DNA of 64,000 bases from Candidatus Latescibacterota bacterium (GTDB lineage Bacteria > Latescibacterota > UBA2968 > GCA-2709665): NCBI GenBank assembly GCA_965237675.1, contig OZ250150.1, positions 3,616,001 through 3,680,000 of the forward strand. The letters run 5' to 3'. Shown one piece after another: positions 29,774 through 38,695 of this stretch; the first letter of the stretch is position 1; each line of letters opens with the position of its first letter. A model generated the notes under the pieces. That model had not been told where the DNA came from and ran no database searches. It saw nothing but the letters and a program-made list of their open reading frames with translations. A program made the position numbers and the translations under genes.

Positions 29774-30619
29774 ATGGGCGAAATGTTAACACTGCCTGCA
29801 CACTACTACCGTCAGCACGATGCGGATCTGGGCGCGGACATTCCAGGGCGCGGTTACGCCGGTTGGACCACGCGGATGCTGGACGTGCCACTTGAAAGGA
29901 CGGCGCTGGTCAGCATGCACGCGTGGAATCCCGGTCTGGTAGACGAAATCCCACCCGGGCCGGGGTCGCCGTACGACGGCTGGTTCCGCATGGTGGAGTA
30001 TCTGCCGAGGGCGATGAGGATTTCGCAAAACGTCTTTCCGCCGCTTCTGCGGGCGGCAAGGGAGGCCGGGCTGTCTGTGATTCACGTGGGATCGAGCGAG
30101 AGTTATACGGCGTCTTACGACGAATACCAGCGCATTAAGACGGTGGCTGGAGGGGAGCCGAAAGCGGCGCCGGGCGCGGTGGACGATGCGTTGAAGAAAC
30201 AGTGGCAGGCGGATCGGGGCAGGCAGATGACCGGCGCCCACAACCAGCCGGACATCGCGGCCGGGTTCAAGCATATCGATTTTGCGCCGCAGGCGATTCC
30301 GGAAGCCGACGAGGCCGTGGTGATCAATTCCCACCAGCTCAACGCGGTCTGCCGGGAGCGGGGTATCTGGCACCTGATCTATATCGGGTTTGCCATCAAC
30401 TGGTGCCTTCTCGCCAGCCCGGGAGGTATGATCGATATGGGACGGATGGGGTACGTGTGCTCGACCATCCGTCAGGCGACAACGGCGGTGGAAAACGGGG
30501 AAAGTTGCACGGATGAACTGGCCAAGGAGATTGCGCTGTGGCGGGTGGCATTGATGTTCGGTTACGTGTTTGACGTGGATCCGGTGATAGACGCTCTCGG
30601 TCAACTGTCGGATGGATGA
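29774..30619 (+). CDS. Isochorismatase-like cysteine hydrolase family protein (divergent)
   Basis: RTALVSMHAW, LLRAAREAGLSVIH, LIYIGFAINWC; AAGGAGG RBS. Confidence 0.7.
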   Translation: MGEMLTLPAHYYRQHDADLGADIPGRGYAGWTTRMLDVPLERTALVSMHAWNPGLVDEIPPGPGSPYDGWFRMVEYLPRAMRISQNVFPPLLRAAREAGLSVIHVGSSESYTASYDEYQRIKTVAGGEPKAAPGAVDDALKKQWQADRGRQMTGAHNQPDIAAGFKHIDFAPQAIPEADEAVVINSHQLNAVCRERGIWHLIYIGFAINWCLLASPGGMIDMGRMGYVCSTIRQATTAVENGESCTDELAKEIALWRVALMFGYVFDVDPVIDALGQLSDG

Positions 30620-30695
30620 TGGCGAGTGTGGGAATCGAAACCCGTCCCTCAAGACACGATTGGTTGGCGGTTCAGGAGAGAATTTCCTGCCGTCG

Positions 30696-32729
30696 TCAGA
30701 ATTTGTGATAGTCGACGGATCGTGATTCGGAAACGACGAGATTCCCTCGAACGTCGAGCAGGGAACCGGCGGCGACGAGGCCGGCGTCGATTTCATCACC
30801 CGCGGCTCGGACGTGCGCGAACTCGGCATCCGTCCGGATGCCGTCGAAAGCGAACGTACTGTCGGGCCCCGCGGTCAGGACGGTGTCGGCCACGTTGCCA
30901 CGACGAATGCGAATGGCGCAGCCTTCGGCGTTTCCGCTGGCGTCAATCTCGGGTGGGGAGGCGTTCTTGTGGTACGGGACGAGCGCCACAATACAGAACA
31001 GCGGGCTCCAGAACCAGTCGTAGCGCAACCGGGGATGGTCAAAGAAAGTTTCCTCGCGCCAGCGGCCCGGCCACGGGGTCGCGATCTGGACGTCGCACCG
31101 GTTTTCCCGCGTGCCGCCGACGATGGAGACCCGGTCCCGACCGCACTCGAGGCGATTGCCGGCCGCGGTGTGCAACAGCCAGGACAGCATCGGACGGTCG
31201 TGCATCTCAAAGTCCAGACGATCGACGATGATCACGGCGGCAGGCGCGCCGCGATCATCCGGCAGGCAGAGCACCCGTCGGACGAACCGTTGCGCGCAGG
31301 CGTAGCTATCGCCCGCTTCCGCCTCGATATAGGGGAAGGACCCCTGGATGTCCGCACGGACGATGCCGTCGTTGCGCGCGGGGCCGCGACGTTGCATTTC
31401 ACCCATGACAAGAGGCAGATTGTGGGCTTCACCCAGCGCGCCCAGGCGAAGGACTTCGGTGGTGCCGGGAAGCCTCTCGAGGGCGTATCCGGAATCGCAG
31501 GCAAAGCCCTCTCCGAGGGCGTGCAGAGCGAAGTGGTTACGATCGGCCTGCCGGTGGCCGCCTGCGGGAAAAACGTCGCATAGAAATGAGAGAAAAAAAT
31601 CGCCGGGCTGCCATCCGGAGCGGACGTCCACCAGCCCCCTGTTGCGAAAGTGCCTGACACCCCGTAGGTCCAGGCCATCCGGCGACACGGGTTCTACCGA
31701 CGGATCGAAGTACAGCAGGTAACGGGTGACGGTGTCGACCCAGGCTTCGTCCGGGGCCTGCCAGAATTCACCGTGGGCCGGAGGATTATCGATACGCTGC
31801 CAGAGCCACTGGGCGAGGCCGTTCTTCTGTTGAGAAGCCAACAGGGAAAGCCATTCGATGTGAAACTGGTCACCGCAGTCGTTTAGCGGATTCGGCCGCC
31901 CCGTGGCGGGTATGAGTTCATACGCCAAGCCTTCCGCGATGCGTTCCCACCCCGTATGGTCTGTGAGTTCCCGATCTCCGCAGACGGCCAGCGCCAGGGC
32001 GAACGGGGCGAGGTAATGCAGTGTGGCGCCGCCGTAAGCCGGGCCTTCGTAAAAGGCGCCCTCGCCGTCGTGACCCCTGTCGAGGAAGAGAAGGCACCGC
32101 TTTTTGGCGGACTCCAGCGCCCGGTTGAATCGGGACTCGTCCAATACGCCGTAATTGCGTAACACCAGTCCGAGCAGGCCGAGGCCGATGCACCCGATGG
32201 CGCCCATATTCCAATCGGGGCGGGTCTCTTCGGGGTCGGGCGGATTCTCCAGCGTGTAGTCGATAAACGGCAGACAGTAGGCTCCGATCTCCGTTCGTTC
32301 CGCTTCCGACAGTGTCGGCCGAAGCAGGTCCAGTCCGATAGCCAGCACCGTGGAACTGGCGCCGGCATCCAGGCAGTTGTCCCGCCACGTGTGGTAGGGG
32401 CGTCCGTAATTCGTGCCGCCGCAGTTTTCTACGATGCGATGCCTGACAATGGTACGCAGGATGTTGCAGGCTTCATCCGTGTACCCATCGTCCAGCAGAA
32501 TGCCGCCGACGGAAAGGGTCTCGATCGATTTGGGAAGCAAACGGCCGCCGCTGCGGGTGAACCAGTAGTCCGCACTGCGTTCGGTATAGTCTATATATGC
32601 CGGCGAGTCGGGATTGAGATGGTCTTCGCAGGCCTGCCGGAGGTTTTGTTTCAGCGAGCAAACAATGGGGTTGGGATCAACCCTTCGACTATCGAGAATG
32701 GAGCGAAAGAGAGAGTCCGGAATTCTCAT
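30696..32729 (-). CDS. Heparinase II/III-like protein
   Basis: Helical N-part with DWN, EGPAYG and LND; then VRSGW, GHRQADRNHF, DSG and AHN motifs. No obvious signal peptide. Confidence 0.75.
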   Translation of the reverse strand: MRIPDSLFRSILDSRRVDPNPIVCSLKQNLRQACEDHLNPDSPAYIDYTERSADYWFTRSGGRLLPKSIETLSVGGILLDDGYTDEACNILRTIVRHRIVENCGGTNYGRPYHTWRDNCLDAGASSTVLAIGLDLLRPTLSEAERTEIGAYCLPFIDYTLENPPDPEETRPDWNMGAIGCIGLGLLGLVLRNYGVLDESRFNRALESAKKRCLLFLDRGHDGEGAFYEGPAYGGATLHYLAPFALALAVCGDRELTDHTGWERIAEGLAYELIPATGRPNPLNDCGDQFHIEWLSLLASQQKNGLAQWLWQRIDNPPAHGEFWQAPDEAWVDTVTRYLLYFDPSVEPVSPDGLDLRGVRHFRNRGLVDVRSGWQPGDFFLSFLCDVFPAGGHRQADRNHFALHALGEGFACDSGYALERLPGTTEVLRLGALGEAHNLPLVMGEMQRRGPARNDGIVRADIQGSFPYIEAEAGDSYACAQRFVRRVLCLPDDRGAPAAVIIVDRLDFEMHDRPMLSWLLHTAAGNRLECGRDRVSIVGGTRENRCDVQIATPWPGRWREETFFDHPRLRYDWFWSPLFCIVALVPYHKNASPPEIDASGNAEGCAIRIRRGNVADTVLTAGPDSTFAFDGIRTDAEFAHVRAAGDEIDAGLVAAGSLLDVRGNLVVSESRSVDYHKF

Positions 32730-32833
32730 TGGCGGGTCCTTCCAAAGAGTGGATCGCCGCACTGGCGACGTTCCGGTTAGGTCCGGGCATAAATCCGTTC
32801 GGCAGTATTGTCGCTTGACCGGACGACGCGGGA

Positions 32834-33598
32834 TCAGGTCCCGTCCATACCCGGTGGCATGAAGATTTCCCTTCGTCTGCCGTCGCGGTATCCCTCGACG
32901 TCGCTGAGCACCGCGCCCGGGCTGGCAAACGCCGCTCTGACGATTTGGCGGTTGAAGGAATGGACGTGGTCTGACGTCAGATATTCTTCAATGGACATCC
33001 AGAGACATTCTTCGATTTCTTCGGGTTGGGGTATGATTTCGTAAGTGAGCGGTTTCAGGCGGCAGACAAAGTATATGTCGGATTTGCCGTGGCGGTAGCC
33101 GTGCCAGTGACGGAAACACACCATCGCCTCGAATGTGGTCCGGATTCCAGTCTCTTCGTGGATTTCCCGTACGACCCCTTCGGCCAGGTGTTCGCCCGGG
33201 TGCAGCGCGCCGCCCGGCAGCTTATAGTAAGGCCTGCTGCTGCCGCGGTGCTTTTCGCAGACCACCAGGATCTCATCGTCGTCGTTAACCACCACCCCGC
33301 CAGCGCCGATGTAGTGGGTGGCATAGCCGGGGATAAATGCATTTTCGATCAGCGGCCGCGTGAGCATCAGATAGGTTTCGCCGCTGTGGTGAAATGAGAA
33401 ACCTGCCTGCACTGCAATGGGAATGAATTCGGATTTCCCGATGGGCACTTCCAGCCACACAAGTTGATGCCCCGATTTTTTCCAGGTCTTCATGGACCGC
33501 GAGAGGCGTTCGCTGAAAATCCGTACCTCCTCGGGAAGGCTTTCGGGGTTGATTATGACACCGTTGAATGGATTGATGGTGTGTTCGAGGACTTCCAT
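32834..33598 (-). CDS. Nudix hydrolase, NUDT6-like with pre-Nudix N-domain
   Basis: GFSFHH, ATHYIGAGGVV, PGGALHPGEHLAEGVVREIHEETGI Nudix box, GKSDIYFVC. Confidence 0.9.
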   Translation of the reverse strand: MEVLEHTINPFNGVIINPESLPEEVRIFSERLSRSMKTWKKSGHQLVWLEVPIGKSEFIPIAVQAGFSFHHSGETYLMLTRPLIENAFIPGYATHYIGAGGVVVNDDDEILVVCEKHRGSSRPYYKLPGGALHPGEHLAEGVVREIHEETGIRTTFEAMVCFRHWHGYRHGKSDIYFVCRLKPLTYEIIPQPEEIEECLWMSIEEYLTSDHVHSFNRQIVRAAFASPGAVLSDVEGYRDGRRREIFMPPGMDGT

Positions 33599-33699
33599 AG
33601 GAGGATCCCCCGGATCCGCGTTGGCAGGGATGTTGTCGAACTGAATGTAAACAGCCCGAAGCAGCTATACAAGTGGTTTTGATACGGAGAGGTTTTGGC

Positions 33700-33728
33700 T
33701 TGACAGGGTGAAGGCCGCGGTGGATATT
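33700..33728 (+). promoter_or_regulatory. Possible sigma70 promoter
   Basis: TTGACA-N17-GATATT directly upstream of the family B element. Confidence 0.5.
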
Positions 33729-33730
33729 AA

Positions 33731-33844
33731 AAAGCTGTCTTAAAACCCCAGCGGTCGTCGCGCCTGCCTGCGTGCTCCTCGCGCCTCAGAACCGACCCCA
33801 TTTCGCGCGCGCGGGAACGCACCGGGAATTTTAAAAACAGCTTC
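33731..33844. mobile_element. MITE-like element, family B, copy 2 (inverted, shorter)
   Basis: AAGCTGTCTTAAAACCCCAGCGGTC ... GGGAACGCACCGGGAATTTTAAAAACAGCTTC is the reverse complement of both ends of 19403-19591. Confidence 0.8.
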
Positions 33845-33943
33845 CGAGCGAAACGACGGTCGCTTTGGGTGTCCGATCACGGAATTGTCGTCTCTATATT
33901 TACGCACGTATGGCGTGCCGGATCAACGTTCAGGAGGGAGTAG

Positions 33944-35143
33944 ATGGCCAATGTGTATCAACGCCTCGGTGTTCGCACCATCATCAACGCAGCCGGACCC
34001 GCAACACGGTTGAGCGGGTCGATTCTGCCGGAGGAAGTGGCGCAGGCCATGGCGGAAGCCTCCCAGCACTGTGTGGACATCGCCGAGTTGCAGGCGTGGG
34101 CGGGCCAGGCGATCGCTCACATGACGGGCGCCGAAGCCGGGTACGTGACGTCGGGTGCGGCGGCGGGGATCATGCTGGGCGTCGCGGCGTGCGTGACCGG
34201 TCTCGACCCGGGCAGAATGAACCGGCTGCCCGATACGGAGGGGATGAAGGACGAGGTGATTATTCCACGGAGCCACCGGAACTTTTACGACCATGCCATT
34301 CGAGCGGTGGGCGTGAAGCTCGTCGAGGTAGGGATCTCCGACCGGTTCAGCGGAGCCGGAGTTCGGGATACGGAGGCCTGGGAGATTGCCGACGCGATTA
34401 CGGATCGGACCGCGGCGGTCGCATATGTGATGAATGCCCGGGCGCGTCCGCACCTGGAGGATGTGGTGGAAGTGGCCCGCCAGCGGGGGGTGCCTGTCGT
34501 GGTGGACGCCGCCGGACAGCTTCCGCCCCAGGCAAACCTGCAACGATTTGTCGAGACCGGCGCGGATGTGGTCTGTTTCAGCGGGGGAAAGGCCATACGC
34601 GGACCGCAGAGTTCGGGCATCTTATGCGGGCGGAAAGATCTGGTTTCCGCCGTCGCGCTGCAGCACCTGGACCAGGATGTGTTTCACGATCTCTGGAATC
34701 CGCCGTCTTCGCTGATCGAAAAGGATCGCCTGCCGGGTGCGCCGCAGCACGGGCTCGGCAGACCGTGCAAGGTGGGCAAGGAAGAGATTGTGGGCCTGAT
34801 CACGGCACTCAGGTTGTTTGTTGCGGAGGGGGATCAGGCGCGCCACACCCGTTGGACGGCAGCGATACAGAGCCTGGCCGAAGTCATGGGAGAATTACCG
34901 AACGTTCGCGTGACCACCAGCATTGATCCCGGTCGGCCGATACCCGGATTGAGGCTCGAGATCGACGAGGCTGCGGCGGGCATTACAGGGCTGGAACTGG
35001 CGCGCCGCCTTATCGGCGGGGAGCCGAGTATCCACTGCAATACGGCGGAAGTGTACGAGGGTGTGCTGGGGTTCGGACCCATGTGTCTCCGGGAAGGGGA
35101 CGTGGAGGCCATCGGAAAGAGGCTGGGAGAATTGTTGGCTTGA
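33944..35143 (+). CDS. SelA-like PLP enzyme (DgaE / D-glucosaminate-6-phosphate ammonia-lyase-like)
   Basis: IINAAGPATRLSGS, VTSGAAAG, VVVDAAG, FSGGKAIRGPQSSG, GRPCKVGKEEIVG. Confidence 0.85.
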   Translation: MANVYQRLGVRTIINAAGPATRLSGSILPEEVAQAMAEASQHCVDIAELQAWAGQAIAHMTGAEAGYVTSGAAAGIMLGVAACVTGLDPGRMNRLPDTEGMKDEVIIPRSHRNFYDHAIRAVGVKLVEVGISDRFSGAGVRDTEAWEIADAITDRTAAVAYVMNARARPHLEDVVEVARQRGVPVVVDAAGQLPPQANLQRFVETGADVVCFSGGKAIRGPQSSGILCGRKDLVSAVALQHLDQDVFHDLWNPPSSLIEKDRLPGAPQHGLGRPCKVGKEEIVGLITALRLFVAEGDQARHTRWTAAIQSLAEVMGELPNVRVTTSIDPGRPIPGLRLEIDEAAAGITGLELARRLIGGEPSIHCNTAEVYEGVLGFGPMCLREGDVEAIGKRLGELLA

Positions 35144-35341
35144 GAGAAGAGAGAGAAGACACCGGGAAACACGTGCTGAACCACAACCATGTTTCCGGGA
35201 CGAACAGATGAGGAATCTCGTGGAGGCAGTCAAGCCGGCGAGCCCCTCGCGAGAATGGCGCGCCGGAACCGTCCCTTCCGCCGTGCCCGACGCGGAAGCC
35301 GGGGCGCGGGCAGAGACGGATCGGAATTTGGAGACACAACC

Positions 35342-36688
35342 ATGAACCTGGATTGGGAACAGGCGGGCAGGGAGGCGGTGGACTGGCTTTGCAGACTGCT
35401 TCGATTCGACACCACGAATCCGCCGGGGAACGAGATGCCTCTGGTACAGGATGTCGCCGGGGCGCTGGCCGCGGAAGGGCTGTCCCCTCGAATTCTGGAA
35501 TCGGCGCCAGGACGCGGGAATCTGGTTGTCCGTCTTGAGGGCGATGGATCGGAACGGCCCGTACTGTTGTTGTCGCACCTGGATGTGGTTCCGGCGGAGC
35601 CCGATAAATGGACCCACGCCCCGTTTGGCGGCGAGGTGGCGGCGGGGTATGTCTGGGGACGAGGGGCGATCGATTCCAAGCTCACGACGGCGGTGGGACT
35701 TCAGGTATTGTTGATGTGCAAGCGGCTGGGAATTCCGCTGTCGCGGGACCTGGTTCTGGTGGCAGCCGCAGACGAGGAACTCGGGGGGGTGCACGGAGTG
35801 CGCTGGCTTAACGCCAACCACCCCGAGGTGTTCGACGCCGAATACGGCATCAATGAGGCCGGCGGCTTTGCATTGCTGATCGACGGTCGACCGGTATACA
35901 CGTGCCAGGTGGCCGAAAAGGGAAGTGCCGAGTTGAATCTGGTTGCGCGGGGACAACCGGGACACAGTTCCGTGCCCCACAACGACAATGCGGTATTTCA
36001 CTTGGCAAGGGCCCTGGGGAATTTGAGCGAAACGAAAATGCCTCACCGCGTTACCGCCGCGGTCAGGGCGTTTTTCGAAGGCGCCGCGGGTGCGCAGGTC
36101 AGGGACGAGGTGGCGGATATGCTCCTGGGAGTACTGGACCCGGAACGCTGCGATGGCGCTTTGTCCGTCTTGCCGGTTGACGAGCCGACCCGGCTGATGT
36201 TCGACGCGATGGTGCGCAATACGTGTGCACCGACCATTCTCGAGGCCGGCGTGAAACGCAATGTGATCCCTTCCGAAGCCGTGGCCAGGCTGAGCGGCAG
36301 GCCATTGCCGGGGGCGGATGAGGCGGGGTTTGTCCGCGAAGTCCGCGACCTTGCGGGCGAGGGCGTTGCCTTGGAGATGGGAAGCGCCTTCAGGCCGGGC
36401 ACGGAGTTCGACCATCAGACGCCGCTGTTCGACGCCATCCGGGCGTCAATCGTCCAGTTCGATCCCGAAGGGGCCGTGGTCCCATATATGCAGACGGGTG
36501 GTACGGATGCGCGGTTTCTGCGGGATCGCGATATCCACGTATATGGATTCATACCCATGCGGTACGAAACGGGTGAGGCCTTTTTCGAACTGTGCCATGG
36601 CCACGACGAACGGGTGTCCGTTGCGAATGTGCGTTTTGGGGTGCAGGTACTATTCGATGCCGTGTGCCGGTTGAACGGTATTGTGTAG
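35342..36688 (+). CDS. M20/M25/M40 family metallohydrolase (ArgE/DapE-like)
   Basis: TTNPPGNE, SHLDVVP, WGRGAIDSK, ADEE, GHSS, GGTDAR, HGHDER. Confidence 0.92.
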   Translation: MNLDWEQAGREAVDWLCRLLRFDTTNPPGNEMPLVQDVAGALAAEGLSPRILESAPGRGNLVVRLEGDGSERPVLLLSHLDVVPAEPDKWTHAPFGGEVAAGYVWGRGAIDSKLTTAVGLQVLLMCKRLGIPLSRDLVLVAAADEELGGVHGVRWLNANHPEVFDAEYGINEAGGFALLIDGRPVYTCQVAEKGSAELNLVARGQPGHSSVPHNDNAVFHLARALGNLSETKMPHRVTAAVRAFFEGAAGAQVRDEVADMLLGVLDPERCDGALSVLPVDEPTRLMFDAMVRNTCAPTILEAGVKRNVIPSEAVARLSGRPLPGADEAGFVREVRDLAGEGVALEMGSAFRPGTEFDHQTPLFDAIRASIVQFDPEGAVVPYMQTGGTDARFLRDRDIHVYGFIPMRYETGEAFFELCHGHDERVSVANVRFGVQVLFDAVCRLNGIV

Positions 36689-36716
36689 CGACTGAGCGGG
36701 TGATCGCCCGCCGCGT

Positions 36717-37613
36717 CTACAGGTTCAATACGTGCCGCAGCGCGGCATCCAGTTCCGGGTGTCGAAATTTGTATTCGCTCTCCTGCAGCCGGGAGGGCAG
36801 TACGCGGGTGCCGGACAGCAGCAGGGCATCCGCCATTTCCCCGAAAGCCAACCGGGCGGCAAAGGCCGGCATGGGAAGAAGAGTCGGCCGGGAGAGTACA
36901 CGTCCCAGCGTTCTCGTGAATTCCCGGTTCGTAACCGGACCGGGCGACACGGCGTTGACCGGCCCCCGCAGCGTTTCCGTGTTGAGCGCGTGGCTGATGA
37001 TTCGAACCAGATCGCTCAGAGAGATCCAACTCATATACTGATCGCCGCTGCCAATCACACCCCCAACGCCCATTTTAAAGGGAAAGAGCATTTTGGCGAG
37101 GGCGCCGCCGTCGGCGCTGAGCACGATTCCGATTCGGAGGTACACGGTACGGATGCCCGCGCCCGATGCGGGCTGCGCGGCATTCTCCCAGGCGATGCAT
37201 GTCTCTGCCAGGAAGTCGGATCCCGGCGGGCATTCTTCGTTGAGTATTTCCTCGCCGCGGTTGCCGTAGTAGCCGATGGCCGAAGCGCAAACAAAAACCG
37301 CGGGAGGCGTTCGCATTTCCGCAAGGCCTTCCGCAAGAGTCCGGGTGCCATCTTCGCGGCTGCTGCGGATTCTGTTTTTCTTTGCTTCGTTCCACCTGCC
37401 TGAGGCAATGTTCTCGCCAGCCAGGTGTACTACCGCCTGGATTCCTTCCAGGTCGGCAGCCTTGAGTAACCCTGATTCAGGATCCCACTGGCGTTCGAGG
37501 TCGCTCTTCGGGCTCGTGCGAACGAGCCTACAGACACGGTGGCCGCTGGCTTCGAGATACGGAATGAGGGCCGATCCGACGAGCCCGGATGAACCCGTTA
37601 CGAGTATGGTCAT
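36717..37613 (-). CDS. TIGR01777/YfcH family NAD-dependent epimerase-like protein
   Basis: ILVTGSSGLVG, HLAGENI, SAIGYYG, GSGDQYMSWI, GPVNAVSP. Confidence 0.92.
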   Translation of the reverse strand: MTILVTGSSGLVGSALIPYLEASGHRVCRLVRTSPKSDLERQWDPESGLLKAADLEGIQAVVHLAGENIASGRWNEAKKNRIRSSREDGTRTLAEGLAEMRTPPAVFVCASAIGYYGNRGEEILNEECPPGSDFLAETCIAWENAAQPASGAGIRTVYLRIGIVLSADGGALAKMLFPFKMGVGGVIGSGDQYMSWISLSDLVRIISHALNTETLRGPVNAVSPGPVTNREFTRTLGRVLSRPTLLPMPAFAARLAFGEMADALLLSGTRVLPSRLQESEYKFRHPELDAALRHVLNL

Positions 37614-37631
37614 GGGATGCCTCCTTATCTG

Positions 37632-38045
37632 TCAAAGTCGGTATAGCATCACGTAAACGATCACACCGGTGATACAGACGAACATCCAGATCGGCAACAC
37701 GTAGCGTGCCAGGCGTCTGTGGGTCTGGAACTTGCCCTGGACGGCAAGCCACACAACAGCCAGAACGAACGGCGCATTCAAGCCGGCAAGGATAACATGG
37801 GGTATCAGGATAGCAAAATAGACGCCGCGGGTCCAGTCGTGGTGAGGGTAGGGCACTGACCCGATCTGTAGATGATAGACGAGATACGACACCAAAAACA
37901 GAGCTGAGAAGATCAGGGCGAGAACCATCATTCGCCTGTGCTGCCGGATGTTGCCGCGCCTGATTTGCAGATAGCCCAGCGTGAGAAAGCCGGCGCTGAT
38001 CGTATTGAATATCGCATTGAGGGCGGGCAGATCGCTTACGGCCAT
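37632..38045 (-). CDS. DUF420 family membrane protein
   Basis: LPALNAIFN, HRRMM, FLVSYLVYH, HRRLAR, W...TGV.VY; GAGG RBS before ATG 38045. Confidence 0.88.
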   Translation of the reverse strand: MAVSDLPALNAIFNTISAGFLTLGYLQIRRGNIRQHRRMMVLALIFSALFLVSYLVYHLQIGSVPYPHHDWTRGVYFAILIPHVILAGLNAPFVLAVVWLAVQGKFQTHRRLARYVLPIWMFVCITGVIVYVMLYRL

Positions 38046-38231
38046 CCGATCCTCTTTAAACGGGGGTAGGGCTCCGAACCTAAGTGTACTCATTTTTACG
38101 TTTTTTTGCAACCGTATGAGCATCCGCAATCGGGAAATCCGCGGCTGCGAGGGTGTCGAACGACAGCATATGGAACCGCTGCGCCATGGCGGTGCGCTCC
38201 TGTTCCGTGATCCGCGGGCGTCCGTACCCGG

Positions 38232-38260
38232 TTGACAAAAGGCCGAAATTCGGTTATTTT
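38232..38260 (+). promoter_or_regulatory. Sigma70 promoter
   Basis: TTGACA-N17-TATTTT with a CCGAA-A-TTCGG palindrome in the spacer. Confidence 0.55.
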
Positions 38261-38309
38261 CATTTCCATGAAATGTATTTAAGCCGAATTAAAACAGGAG
38301 GATATCGGG

Positions 38310-38513
38310 ATGTCTGCAACGGGCGGCCTGTGGATGACACCCGGAGAGATCGACGAGGCTCTGGGACGAAGAAAGTCCAGAGAGGTATTTGAAGATCTGA
38401 TATACGACCGGCGCACCCGGCGTGAGATTCTGGATCTTCTGATCGAGGCCACCGGCTGCAACGGGTTTTCGGCCGAGGATTTCCTGAGGGAAATTGTGAA
38501 GACAAGGCAGTGA
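38310..38513 (+). CDS. Small hypothetical protein (67 aa)
   Basis: AGGAGG RBS, upstream promoter, helical amphipathic sequence. Confidence 0.75.
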   Translation: MSATGGLWMTPGEIDEALGRRKSREVFEDLIYDRRTRREILDLLIEATGCNGFSAEDFLREIVKTRQ

Positions 38514-38695
38514 TTCCGGTTGTCGTGAAATTGAACGGCCGGCGCCGCGTTGTGTGCGGGCTGCCGGCGTGATGGACGAGGTCCCGTTGCGAGGAGGGCT
38601 TTGCAGGGCAGTGACGATCGATCGCGTTACGGAATACGGAGTTTCAATCTGTCCGCGCGCAGCCGCTTCAACGGTTCCGGAAGGGAAATTGGATC

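Noticed and set aside
33944-35143. Selenocysteine synthase SelA
   Set aside because: Shorter than SelA, has the DgaE-like GR..KVGKE motif, and no selB/selC/selD nearby.
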